DNA of 64,000 bases from an uncultured Flavobacteriaceae bacterium (lineage in GTDB: Bacteria > Bacteroidota > Bacteroidia > Flavobacteriales > Weeksellaceae), in assembly GCA_963518955.1 (NCBI GenBank), contig CAUQKI010000006.1, forward strand, positions 1,162-65,161. Reading direction: 5' to 3'. The notes under the pieces were generated by a model. The model was not told where the DNA came from, did not search any database, and was given only the letters and a program-made list of their open reading frames with translations. A program made the translations under genes and the position numbers. Shown here piece after piece: positions 1-8,511 of this stretch. Numbering within the stretch: the first letter of the stretch is position 1; every line of letters begins with the position of its first letter.

Positions 1-1370
1 TTTGCATTTACATTACTCCCATAGTAGTTATTCACTATCACCGCAAAGACATACTTTTTGCCCTCTTTCGATGTGTGGTATCCTGCATAGGCTTTGGCAT
101 CTTTTATCGTTCCGCTCTTCATTTTCATGCCGTTATACACGGGCATAGATTCTTCAAATATAGGGAACCAACTTTGTTTTTTACCCCAAATCAGAGCCTG
201 AACTTCTGCTCTTGCAGAGGCATAGTTCTGTGGCGAAAGCCCGCTTCCGTCAGCGAAATTTATCATCGGTACTTGGATTCCTTTACTTTTCCAAAAATCT
301 TTTAGAATTTTCACACCATTTGAAAAGGAAGAATTATTATTTTTAACCTTTCCAAAAGTTTTTACGAGGGTTTCTCCATACAGATTCACGCTTTTTCTCA
401 TAAACCAATAGACTATTTTGTCCATCGTAGGAGAATGATGCACCAAAATTTCTTTCCCCTTTAAAGGCGCATATTCCTTCCCTTCTATCAAAAGCTGTGA
501 AGCAGAAGTCACTTTCCCTTTAAGCTCTATATCATTGTTTGACAGCCAGTTATACATTTCTAAACCAAGCTGCATGGGTGGATTTGGGACAGAACCTGAA
601 ACCACTGTTGTCTTTCCACTAGGAAGAGTTCCGTTGATATACGCCACCTCTGAATACGGCGCTGTGTAGATGATGCTTCTGTCCCCTGTTTCCTTGCCTG
701 CCGACTGGGTTTCGTTCACCCATTTTACCTGCTCTGGAAGATTTACAATTTTCTTAAAAGATGTAGAAGTCCCTGCATTAGCACCTCCACTTATATGCAT
801 ATCAAACTGATTTTCACGCCAGTTCACTCCCCAGACTCCCGCTCCGTAGTAATTTCCTATATCATTCCAAGGCCAGCCCCCAGGGATAGTCTGAATATCA
901 AAATAGCTGTCATCTATTATCAAATTCCCTCCTATCTTATAGATTCCCAATGATTTAATGGCTTGTATCACTTTATTCTGAAAATCCTCAGGTTTATAGC
1001 CTGTGTATCGCCAGCTGCCGAGTGTAGGGTCTCCATTAGAACTTACTATCAAATCCCCCGACAGCCTGCCTTCCTCTATATTCCCTGTATAAGACACTTT
1101 GGTGGTGTATCGGAAATCTTTCCCTAGCATCTCCAAAGCCGCCATCGCCGTAAAAACCTTCTGTGTACTCGCCGTAGAAAGCCCCTTGTTCCCTTGATAT
1201 TCATAAATAAAATTCCCCTGTTCATCGGCTACATAGAAAGAAAGATTAGCCGAATACATCTCTGGTTCATTCAAAAGACTTTTGGTCGCTTGGTCTAGTT
1301 TTTTAGAAATATCTTGAGAAAAAAAACTCTGAAAAAACAAGACTAATAAAAAGCAAAAAATATTTTTCAT
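1..1370 (-). CDS. dacB: D-alanyl-D-alanine carboxypeptidase/endopeptidase, PBP4 / peptidase S13 family (3-prime end runs off the window)
   Basis: My own minus-strand translation starts at ATG 1370-1368 (MKNIFCFLLVLFFQSFFSQ signal peptide). It contains STQK (SxxK), DGSGLS (SxN-like) and KSGT (KTG-like) motifs. Absent from the ORF track because there is no stop codon inside the window. Confidence 0.8.
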   Translation of the reverse strand, partial: MKNIFCFLLVLFFQSFFSQDISKKLDQATKSLLNEPEMYSANLSFYVADEQGNFIYEYQGNKGLSTASTQKVFTAMAALEMLGKDFRYTTKVSYTGNIEEGRLSGDLIVSSNGDPTLGSWRYTGYKPEDFQNKVIQAIKSLGIYKIGGNLIIDDSYFDIQTIPGGWPWNDIGNYYGAGVWGVNWRENQFDMHISGGANAGTSTSFKKIVNLPEQVKWVNETQSAGKETGDRSIIYTAPYSEVAYINGTLPSGKTTVVSGSVPNPPMQLGLEMYNWLSNNDIELKGKVTSASQLLIEGKEYAPLKGKEILVHHSPTMDKIVYWFMRKSVNLYGETLVKTFGKVKNNNSSFSNGVKILKDFWKSKGIQVPMINFADGSGLSPQNYASARAEVQALIWGKKQSWFPIFEESMPVYNGMKMKSGTIKDAKAYAGYHTSKEGKKYVFAVIVNNYYGSNVNA

Positions 1371-1411
1371 CTTAAAATTTTATTATATTTCAAACGCTGG
1401 TGATTATTCTT

Positions 1412-2461
1412 TTATTTTAATTCCTGCATATAGACCAAAGTGTCTTTGGGCAAAATTTCTGGGTGAAAAATCTTCACATAATCTCTTAAAACTAAATCAG
1501 CACGAACAGCTCCACTCTCAAAAATATCATTAGCCATTCCTCTCCTTCTTTTATTCATCCCAAAAATTTTTCCTTTCTGATAGACATCCAGTTTTTCATA
1601 AATAGCATTCATAGCCAAAAGTTCTTTTTTCGTTCTATAATTGCCCGCGTTTACCCAAAATTCAGCATTTTTGGACTTCACAAAAACCTCTTCATAACTG
1701 ATAGGCACAGATTTTTTATCTTGATTTTCCTTGAAAATATAGTCCGCCCCTGCATCTTTCAGATAATTAGCCGAAAAAGTTTTCCCACCAGCGATATACC
1801 AGTGATTTCCATACATTTCATTAGTCAAAACCTTCGGTTTATTGGGCGATTTTTGGGCTTTTTGTTTTATGCTTTCATAATCATTTTTGATTTTGGTATA
1901 AATTTCTTCTGCTCGTTTTTCTTCGCCTAAAAGCTTCCCAAACAGCTTTAAATAAGCCGCTTTATCTAAAGGCGTTTCCTCCAAATATTCATCTAAAAAA
2001 ATGATTTTTATCCCATTATCTTGCAGGATTTTATAGGTATTTTCGAAAGTTTCTATATAATTCGTGAAAATCACATCTGGTTTTAGTTCAAGAATTTTTT
2101 CAATATCATACTTTTGGTCAGAGCCTACATTCTGAATTTTATTTTTTTCTACAAGTTGCTGAATTTCATTTGAATAAACATACTGCACTCCCGAAATTCC
2201 TACTATTTTTTCTTCCTGCCCAAGTTCTAAAAAATATCCCAAAAGGCTGTTATTAAGCAAAACCACTTTGGAAAAAGGAAGTTCATTTTTTTCAAAAGAA
2301 TACTCAAATTTTCTAGATTTTAATAAAAATTTGTCATTTTGCTCACTATATTGAACATTTTCAGAAATCACTTCCCAAGATTTAATTGATTGGTTATCAG
2401 ATTTCTTACACGACAACACCACAAAAAAGCTGGTGATGTATAATATTTTTTTCCATTTCAT
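1412..2461 (-). CDS. ABC-transporter periplasmic substrate-binding lipoprotein (iron-siderophore/cobalamin-type binding protein)
   Basis: 349 aa with a lipoprotein signal (VVLSC). Overall resemblance to FecB/BtuF-type class 8 binding proteins. No permease or ATPase gene is adjacent. Confidence 0.65.
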   Translation of the reverse strand: MKWKKILYITSFFVVLSCKKSDNQSIKSWEVISENVQYSEQNDKFLLKSRKFEYSFEKNELPFSKVVLLNNSLLGYFLELGQEEKIVGISGVQYVYSNEIQQLVEKNKIQNVGSDQKYDIEKILELKPDVIFTNYIETFENTYKILQDNGIKIIFLDEYLEETPLDKAAYLKLFGKLLGEEKRAEEIYTKIKNDYESIKQKAQKSPNKPKVLTNEMYGNHWYIAGGKTFSANYLKDAGADYIFKENQDKKSVPISYEEVFVKSKNAEFWVNAGNYRTKKELLAMNAIYEKLDVYQKGKIFGMNKRRRGMANDIFESGAVRADLVLRDYVKIFHPEILPKDTLVYMQELK

Positions 2462-2508
2462 AGTTCAAAGAAAGCAAAAAAGTATTATATTTGCAAAACT
2501 AAAATTCA

Positions 2509-2582
2509 GGACGCGTAGCTCAATTGGATAGAGCGCCAGATTACGGCTCTGGAGGTTGAGGGTTCGACTCCTTCCGCGTTCA
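2509..2582 (+). tRNA. tRNA-Arg (anticodon ACG)
   Basis: Hand-folded cloverleaf: acceptor GGACGCG/CGCGTTC, D stem GCTC/GAGC, anticodon stem CCAGA/TCTGG with loop TTACGGC, T arm GAGGG-TTCGACT-CCTTC, discriminator A. Confidence 0.9.
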
Positions 2583-2589
2583 CAAATTC

Positions 2590-2630
2590 AACCACTAATA
2601 GATTGAAAATCAATTTGTTAGTGGTTTTTG
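2590..2630 (+). terminator. Rho-independent terminator after tRNA-Arg
   Basis: AACCACTAA ... TTAGTGGTT 9-bp stem with an internally pairing loop, followed by TTTTG. Confidence 0.55.
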
Positions 2631-2731
2631 TTTATAGATTTTCCCCGCTTTTTCCCCACAATATTTTTTGATAGCTTATAAATTTTAAATAATATTACTT
2701 TTATTCTGTATCAATAAAAAATGGGAACACC

Positions 2732-3739
2732 TTATGTATTCCCATTTATCTTATTTTGCAAGTCTTTCATTTTCTCTATCAATTCTGAAAATGATAAACT
2801 ATCTCCTACAATCATGTTCTGTTGCATTAGTTTGTAATCATTTTCCCATTTATGTAAGACCTCATCAGGAGGAATGATATTGATTTTACCTTTCTCATGG
2901 TTTTCAAAAGAAATTCCCTTTACATTATTCATTACTTTTCTAAAATCTGCAATAGTTTGGAACAGTTCATCATCGTTTAGAGCATTTTCTGCGTATGCTG
3001 TGTGCGTTATCTTTTCCAAATCGTATAAATGCCTACTGAGTTTATCAAAACGGATTTTTTCGGTGGGTTTTGTAAATTCTTCGTGCAGTAGAAAAATTTT
3101 CTCCAAAAAAGTTTTAGTCGGAACGATTACATTTACCTCAAAATTAGTAAAAGTAAAATCTCTATCCTTAAAATTTTGGTCAATATAAGAGTTGATTTTT
3201 CGTATTTCTGAGGGTTCAGATAAAGCTCTTGCTCCCATTTCAATAACGATTTTCTTCTGAATATGATTTTGACTTGGAACTACTGAATGATAATACAATT
3301 CCAGCTGATTGGGGTCGCTCGTGTCGTCTACATTTTCATTGTATTCAATACTGAAAGTTTTATCCGAAATTCCTAAATTTTGTAATTGCAAAATCAATTC
3401 TTTTCGGAAATCATTGATAACGAATGTTCCAGCACTTTTTCTTAATTTTTTGATTTGAGTTTTAGAAGTTGCATCTTCAAAGCCAAGAAAATATCGGTCA
3501 ATAATCAAATCTACATCTTCTGAAAATCGTTCAATAATGTTATAAGCCTTGCTGAGTGATGTCCCACCCTTGAACACAATATGCTCACGATATTTGGATT
3601 GAAAAACAGCCCGAAGCACCATACAAACCCACCAGTCTTTCTCAATTACCACATCAGAAAAGCCCATTTTATCGGCGGTATAACGAATAACTTCGTATTT
3701 CTCATTATCAGTAAAAGAAAACCAATTATTCATTTTCAA
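2732..3739 (-). CDS. abiEii: Nucleotidyltransferase AbiEii/AbiGii-family toxin (type IV TA)
   Basis: 335 aa. The FKGGTSLSKAYNIIERFSEDVDL motif is typical of AbiEii nucleotidyltransferases. Overlaps the upstream antitoxin ORF by 14 nt. Confidence 0.85.
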   Translation of the reverse strand: MKMNNWFSFTDNEKYEVIRYTADKMGFSDVVIEKDWWVCMVLRAVFQSKYREHIVFKGGTSLSKAYNIIERFSEDVDLIIDRYFLGFEDATSKTQIKKLRKSAGTFVINDFRKELILQLQNLGISDKTFSIEYNENVDDTSDPNQLELYYHSVVPSQNHIQKKIVIEMGARALSEPSEIRKINSYIDQNFKDRDFTFTNFEVNVIVPTKTFLEKIFLLHEEFTKPTEKIRFDKLSRHLYDLEKITHTAYAENALNDDELFQTIADFRKVMNNVKGISFENHEKGKINIIPPDEVLHKWENDYKLMQQNMIVGDSLSFSELIEKMKDLQNKINGNT

Positions 3740-4331
3740 TAGATTTTAACATTATTTTTCGTATCCATTCTGGAGCAAGTTTGGCATCATGCAAAATATT
3801 TTCTTTGTTCTCGTTTTTTAAATGTTTTTCAATTTGTTGGATAATCGCTTCATTCACATTTTCCTTTTTAATATTTTTCAAGGCTTGGATTACCAAAGTA
3901 GAAATTTTGCCTTTGGTAGAAAGATTTTTCGGCACAGAGGTTTTGAATTGAATAGTTTTATTATCAATTTTGACCACTCGTGAAGCTCCATCGGTAAGGA
4001 AGACCAATTTCATCGGCACTTGGGTAGTCAATCCGAGAATATTCTCTGCATAAACACCTGTAGGTATAATCCTTGCCTTATCCCTCCGAGCAATAGCTTG
4101 AGCTACTTCCTCCACCGATGGTAGTAGTTCTCCAACAATTTTACTGAATTTTGGCTTGTAGTAAATTCCGTGAGAAAGGCGTTTTATTTTGTCTTTAGTT
4201 TCTAACCGATAGAGAGCTTTTTTAACGCTTTCTGAACTACCGAAATCCAAAAAATCATCAATGAAAAATATCATTCCCTCCTCAAAGGAACTGATTTTTT
4301 CGGCAATATGTTCTTCTATTTTTGGTCTCAT
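3726..4331 (-). CDS. abiEi: AbiEi-family antitoxin / transcriptional regulator (DUF6088-like)
   Basis: Start trimmed to the internal ATG (MRPKIEEHIAEKIS...). The N-terminal region, through ...LSHGIYYKP, matches the AbiEi/DUF6088 pattern. Translationally coupled to abiEii. Confidence 0.75.
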   Translation of the reverse strand: MRPKIEEHIAEKISSFEEGMIFFIDDFLDFGSSESVKKALYRLETKDKIKRLSHGIYYKPKFSKIVGELLPSVEEVAQAIARRDKARIIPTGVYAENILGLTTQVPMKLVFLTDGASRVVKIDNKTIQFKTSVPKNLSTKGKISTLVIQALKNIKKENVNEAIIQQIEKHLKNENKENILHDAKLAPEWIRKIMLKSIENE

Positions 4332-4337
4332 AACAAA

Positions 4338-4374
4338 ATTTCGTCCCAAATATATAAAAAATTTGGGACGAAAT
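4338..4374. promoter_or_regulatory. Perfect 14-bp inverted repeat (ATTTCGTCCCAAAT / ATTTGGGACGAAAT, 9-nt spacer) just upstream of abiEi; candidate autoregulatory operator
   Basis: Read directly: 4338-4351 is the reverse complement of 4361-4374. Lies 7-43 nt upstream of the proposed abiEi ATG at 4331. Confidence 0.5.
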
Positions 4375-4441
4375 AATAGTAGAATGTTATTTTTTACATA
4401 AAGTTCAAAATCTGAATTTAAAGACAACAGGAAACTATATT

Positions 4442-5164
4442 AAAAATATAAAAACTTTTGCACGACAAGCCAAGTTAGAAGGTTTCCCTATACACGATGA
4501 AATTAATCATCCAGAATTTTTCAAACCAGATAGTAAAACAAAGGCTATATATTTGACAGAGGAGGAAATAGATAGAATTTTTTATCACGATTTTTCTCAT
4601 AATAAAAAGTTAGACAAAGCTAGAGATTTATTAATTATTGGACTTTGGACAGGTCAGAGAATAGGAGATTTTAAAAATATAAATGCCACCAATATTAAAA
4701 ATGGTTTTATAGAGATTACTGCTAATAAAACAGGGGTTGATGTTGTAATACCTATTCATCATCAGATTGAGCAAATTCTAAAGAAATGGAATAATGATTT
4801 TCCTCCTGCACTTTCAGCCCAAAAATTTAATGAATATATAAAAGAAATAGGTAGAGAAGTTGGGCTTACCGAGATTGTAAGTGGAGCAAAAATGAATCCA
4901 GAAACAAAAAGGAAGGAAGAAGGCGAATATCCAAAGTACGAATTAATGTCATCACATATTTGTCGTAGGAGTTTTGCAACCAATCATTATGGAAAGCTCC
5001 CCACTCTTACCATAATGGCAATTACTGGACATCAATCAGAAAAAATGTTTTTTAATTATATACAAACCACACCGAAAGAATATGCAGAAGAAATGAAAAG
5101 CTTCTGGCTTAAGAGAGCAAAAGAAAATAATTTAGAAGAGGTAAAATTAAAAATAGTAAAATGA
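4442..5164 (+). pseudogene. Tyrosine recombinase/integrase, 5-prime truncated (catalytic domain only)
   Basis: Catalytic residues are present: R in TGQRIGD, H..R in HICRRSF, H in TGHQSE, Y in FNYI. Only ~35 codons of integrase-like reading frame lie upstream of the track start (TTG 4553). The expected N-terminal core-binding domain has no room because abiEi occupies the opposite strand. Confidence 0.7.
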
Positions 5165-5832
5165 TAGGAGTATTTCTTAGAAAATTTACAGAAAAAATAA
5201 ATATTTCTGTAAGTATTAATAGTGATGGAATAGTTACGGTAAAGAAAGACGATGAAAACTATTCTTATAATAATTTTAAGATGTTCTATAATGACCTTAG
5301 AGAATATTATATCAATATGATTAATAATGCTAATGCAGTCAGTAAAAAGGCTATTTGTTTTGATGCTATTCAATCATTTTATACTTATCAAGATATTTTT
5401 GGCGTTTATTGTGATAGAATAGAGGTTGTTAATGAGTGTGAATACCACACTAAATATTTTCAAAATCAGTATTATTTATATTCTAAATTAGATGAGTTAA
5501 ATATTGTTGATAAGGGCTCTACTTACCCTACTATTTTCAAATCTGATTTATACTTAGAAAAATTTAAATCAATTTTGAATAATTTAAATGCTTTTGATAA
5601 AGAAGGAAAACCTATAAAAAGGGGATTTATAGCAAAAGCAAATGCGATTTTTGAGTTTGAAAAAAGATTAGAAGAAAAGAATTTTCATAAGAAGATAATG
5701 ATGTCCAATATTACAATTAAGGAATTTGTTGAATTTTTGAACTTAGAATTTAACTTAGGTATAAAATATCACCCAAATTACAAACTATCTTCTGGGGAAA
5801 AGCACGAAACAGTAGTGAAAAGATTTTACTAA
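5161..5832 (+). CDS. Hypothetical protein, ATGA-coupled to the integrase remnant
   Basis: 223-aa ORF whose ATG overlaps the integrase stop codon. No motif recognised. Confidence 0.55.
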   Translation: MIGVFLRKFTEKINISVSINSDGIVTVKKDDENYSYNNFKMFYNDLREYYINMINNANAVSKKAICFDAIQSFYTYQDIFGVYCDRIEVVNECEYHTKYFQNQYYLYSKLDELNIVDKGSTYPTIFKSDLYLEKFKSILNNLNAFDKEGKPIKRGFIAKANAIFEFEKRLEEKNFHKKIMMSNITIKEFVEFLNLEFNLGIKYHPNYKLSSGEKHETVVKRFY

Positions 5833-5861
5833 AATTCATTTGATTTAATTTGTTTTTTTCT

Positions 5862-5941
5862 TCCGTATAAATCCGTATAAAATAGAATTTTATCCGTAGA
5901 AATTATTGTCAATCTTTGCAACATTAAAATAGATTGACAAT
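5862..5941. promoter_or_regulatory. Regulatory region: three TCCGTA(T/G)AAA direct repeats plus a perfect 11-bp inverted repeat overlapping the HTH gene start
   Basis: TCCGTATAAA at 5862 and 5872, and TCCGTAGAAA at 5893. ATTGTCAATCT (5905-5915) is the reverse complement of AGATTGACAAT (5931-5941). The ATG lies at 5940. Confidence 0.45.
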
Positions 5942-6233
5942 GGATAATAATAATATTACTCAGCTGCACAACATTACTCCAGAAGAATTCAAAAAGGAAA
6001 TTCTTAATGGTGTTTCTCAACTTCTATCTGAATTTCAAAAGAATTTAGGACTTTATGACCAGAACACATTTCTCACTCGTAAGCAGTTAGCAGATATGTT
6101 GAATATATCATTACCAACTTTACGAAAATGTGTAAAACGAGGAACTATTCCAGAAACCTCTATTGATGGCAGGGTTGTCTATAATTTGGCAGAGGTCAAG
6201 GAGGCATTGAAGAAGAATAATTTACAGGATTAA
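5940..6233 (+). CDS. Small helix-turn-helix DNA-binding protein (excisionase/MerR-like HTH)
   Basis: LTRKQLADMLNISLPTLRKCVKRGTIPE is a typical excisionase-family HTH. Start moved to ATG 5940 (the track uses TTG 5934). Confidence 0.65.
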   Translation: MDNNNITQLHNITPEEFKKEILNGVSQLLSEFQKNLGLYDQNTFLTRKQLADMLNISLPTLRKCVKRGTIPETSIDGRVVYNLAEVKEALKKNNLQD

Positions 6234-6245
6234 AAATCTCCACTT

Positions 6246-7019
6246 ATGATTGATAGTATTCAATATAAAATGGAGAAGGCTTATACTACTATTCCTATTG
6301 GAGTGATTGAGAGGGCGATTGTTGGGAGAAAACTAAACCACTTAAAGATATACATTTATCTAAAATGTATATCCAGTGGTCATTTACATATCAATTCAGA
6401 AAGTAAAAAAGCTTGGGCAAAGGAAATAGGTATAACCACCAAAACATTAGAAAACTGCCTTCAATGGCTATTAAAAAATCGTTGGCTTAGCCTAAATTCA
6501 AAGCGAAGTTCTTTGAGAGTAGTTTCTTACAAGCAATTAAAAAGAAAGTATAAATATAAATTTCAAACAGGAGTAATTTTTGACAGAGAGAATTTTAATG
6601 ATTTCAGAGCGTTTTGTAACGGAGCATTGATAATGTTTTGCATAAATTATAAGAAGTTTTTGGATAAGGAAAAGAGAGTGCCGATAGCTAATAATGGAGT
6701 TATCAGTATGAGTACTCGTTCTTATCCTAAAACATATTATGGCTTGCCTGTAAGGTTTCTTGCAAAATTTTATAAAATTTCTACTACTACGGCTCATAAT
6801 ATGAAAACAGATGCGGAAAAGGCAGGATTTATCAAAGTGAAAAATGGAGAAACCGTGTATTTTACTTGTCCCAATGGACAACCTATTACAAGAGAAGTAG
6901 TAAAATATCTATATCCAGAATACGATAAATCTCATATTGTAATCACAAGAAAAGGAGTAGGAATAAAAACTGCTGATTTAATCAAAGGAAATATCCATTT
7001 GAAGAGAAAAAGGTGTTAG
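6246..7019 (+). CDS. Hypothetical protein, possibly a winged-helix replication-initiator-like protein
   Basis: 257-aa ORF with two HTH-like stretches (WAKEIGITTKTLENCLQWL and LAKFYKISTTTAHNMKTDAEKAGFI). Sits directly upstream of the phased repeat array. The function is inference only. Confidence 0.45.
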   Translation: MIDSIQYKMEKAYTTIPIGVIERAIVGRKLNHLKIYIYLKCISSGHLHINSESKKAWAKEIGITTKTLENCLQWLLKNRWLSLNSKRSSLRVVSYKQLKRKYKYKFQTGVIFDRENFNDFRAFCNGALIMFCINYKKFLDKEKRVPIANNGVISMSTRSYPKTYYGLPVRFLAKFYKISTTTAHNMKTDAEKAGFIKVKNGETVYFTCPNGQPITREVVKYLYPEYDKSHIVITRKGVGIKTADLIKGNIHLKRKRC

Positions 7020-7103
7020 AAAAAATATGAACAGTAATAATGGGGGATGTAGGGGGGAGCTAAAAGACTCAAAACCTCTGTTCTACTCCTATTTTTCAGT
7101 AAT

Positions 7104-7175
7104 AGTTAGAAAATAGTAGAAAGTATTAGAAAAAGTTAGAGATTGATAGAAAAGGTGTAGAGGGTTTGGTAGGTG
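7104..7175. repeat. Phased TAGA(A/G) repeat array with a 10-bp period (iteron-like)
   Basis: TAGA at 7107, 7117, 7127, 7137 and 7147 (exact 10-bp spacing), then at 7158, with TAGG at 7170. A G-rich block (GGGGGATGTAGGGGGG) lies about 50 bp upstream. Confidence 0.6.
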
Positions 7176-7242
7176 TTATAAAATTCTCTAAAAACCTCAT
7201 CAAAAATTTTGTTATACCCTAAAATTTCAGTATCTTTAAGGT

Positions 7243-8046
7243 ATGAAAGATATTGATTTAGAGATAATTACTGCGAATTTTGAACAGTTTAGAAATGGAA
7301 ATTATATAGGTTATACACCTATCAGTTGTGTAGGAAAATTCTACTCCAAAGACAAAAGTATTTCGGTAGAAACTGAGCAATTAAGAGGTTTAAGTATTTT
7401 CAGAATGTTTGAAAATCAGAGAGCAAAAGATTTTAAAGCTTGTTATATGCTTTATCAAAAAAGATTAGAGAAAAAAGGAGTAGAAAAAATCTTACAGGAA
7501 ATTACAGAACTTTGTCAAAAGAACAACACTCAAAAAGCCGTTATTTTAGGCTATGGAAAGGAGGAAGAGTTTTGTTATCGGCATATTTTACTGAGTTTTC
7601 TGCTTGAAAATTTGCCTCAAAATTTTTCCATTCAAAAGGAAAAAGGAATTGATTATCAGAAACAGAAAGAATATTGGGAAAAGGATATTTATCAATCCAG
7701 AGGACATTTTGAATTGAGTAATGAAGAAGTGGGTGAAACACTGGAAAAGATGCAGTGGCGATTTGCGAAAACAATGCAGAAAAATCCGCATTTTTATACG
7801 CTACGCCGTGATTTTTCAGAGGAAAACGAGGGTGAAAATATGTTTTTGAAGTTAGTTCATCATATCAGATATTTTGGAGAGTTGGAGGAATTTGAAGGGG
7901 TTATTTATAGAGTTTGGACTTATAAATCATTGTCTTACTGGACAATGCCCTGCGATTTTCTAAATGAAGATTGTGACCTCATCAACAAAAGATACAATGA
8001 TAAATCAGAGGAAGTTATACAAATTAGACACTTTTTGGAAAAATAA
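7243..8046 (+). CDS. Hypothetical two-domain protein
   Basis: 267-aa ORF. The N-terminal part weakly recalls DUF488 (GYGKEEEFCYRHILLSFL). The C-terminal part (WRFAKTMQKNPHFYTLRRDF ... IRYFGE ... YWTM ... DLINK) resembles a widespread phage/plasmid domain that I cannot name. Confidence 0.5.
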   Translation: MKDIDLEIITANFEQFRNGNYIGYTPISCVGKFYSKDKSISVETEQLRGLSIFRMFENQRAKDFKACYMLYQKRLEKKGVEKILQEITELCQKNNTQKAVILGYGKEEEFCYRHILLSFLLENLPQNFSIQKEKGIDYQKQKEYWEKDIYQSRGHFELSNEEVGETLEKMQWRFAKTMQKNPHFYTLRRDFSEENEGENMFLKLVHHIRYFGELEEFEGVIYRVWTYKSLSYWTMPCDFLNEDCDLINKRYNDKSEEVIQIRHFLEK

Positions 8047-8065
8047 CTAAAGTTTGACAAAAAAA

Positions 8066-8443
8066 ATGAAAAGAATGGCTGAAACACAAATTTTTGATTT
8101 AGAGCAATTACATCGAGATTTTTTAGCAGAGGAAATATTACACCAATCCTCGCTCAGTTTTAAGCAAATCCGTATGCTTATAGCTCTAAAACATAGCTTC
8201 GGCATTGTGAGACCAGCCTCCAAAATGGCAAAAATTGGGAGAGCAACACATTATCATTGGCTGAAAACCTGCGAAAAATATAAAGAAAGTTATGGGATTA
8301 TTTTGGAGTTTCTGAGTGATTTGTCAGAGGCAAGTTTACTCAATCTGATTGCAATGGGAAACGCCTCCTCTACGATTTTTTACCTTTCCACAAAGGGAAG
8401 ACACAGAGGCTATGCAATTCCTAAAAAACGTTACAAGGCATAA
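8066..8443 (+). CDS. Small HTH protein, weakly resembling a terminase small subunit
   Basis: HTH-like AKIGRATHYHWLK followed by an ...ASLLNLIAMGNASSTIFYL pattern seen in some TerS-type proteins. Weak. Start moved to ATG 8066. Confidence 0.4.
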   Translation: MKRMAETQIFDLEQLHRDFLAEEILHQSSLSFKQIRMLIALKHSFGIVRPASKMAKIGRATHYHWLKTCEKYKESYGIILEFLSDLSEASLLNLIAMGNASSTIFYLSTKGRHRGYAIPKKRYKA

Positions 8444-8511
8444 ACGAGCGTTTAAGAAACATTACAAATCAATAAGTTTGAAGTTTAAACTTCTCATTAA
8501 ATTTAATAAAA

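Noticed and set aside
75-305. 76-aa plus-strand ORF at the window start
   Set aside because: It lies antisense inside a clearly PBP4-like minus-strand coding region (SxxK, SxN and KTG-like motifs). Its sequence is low-complexity with no motif.
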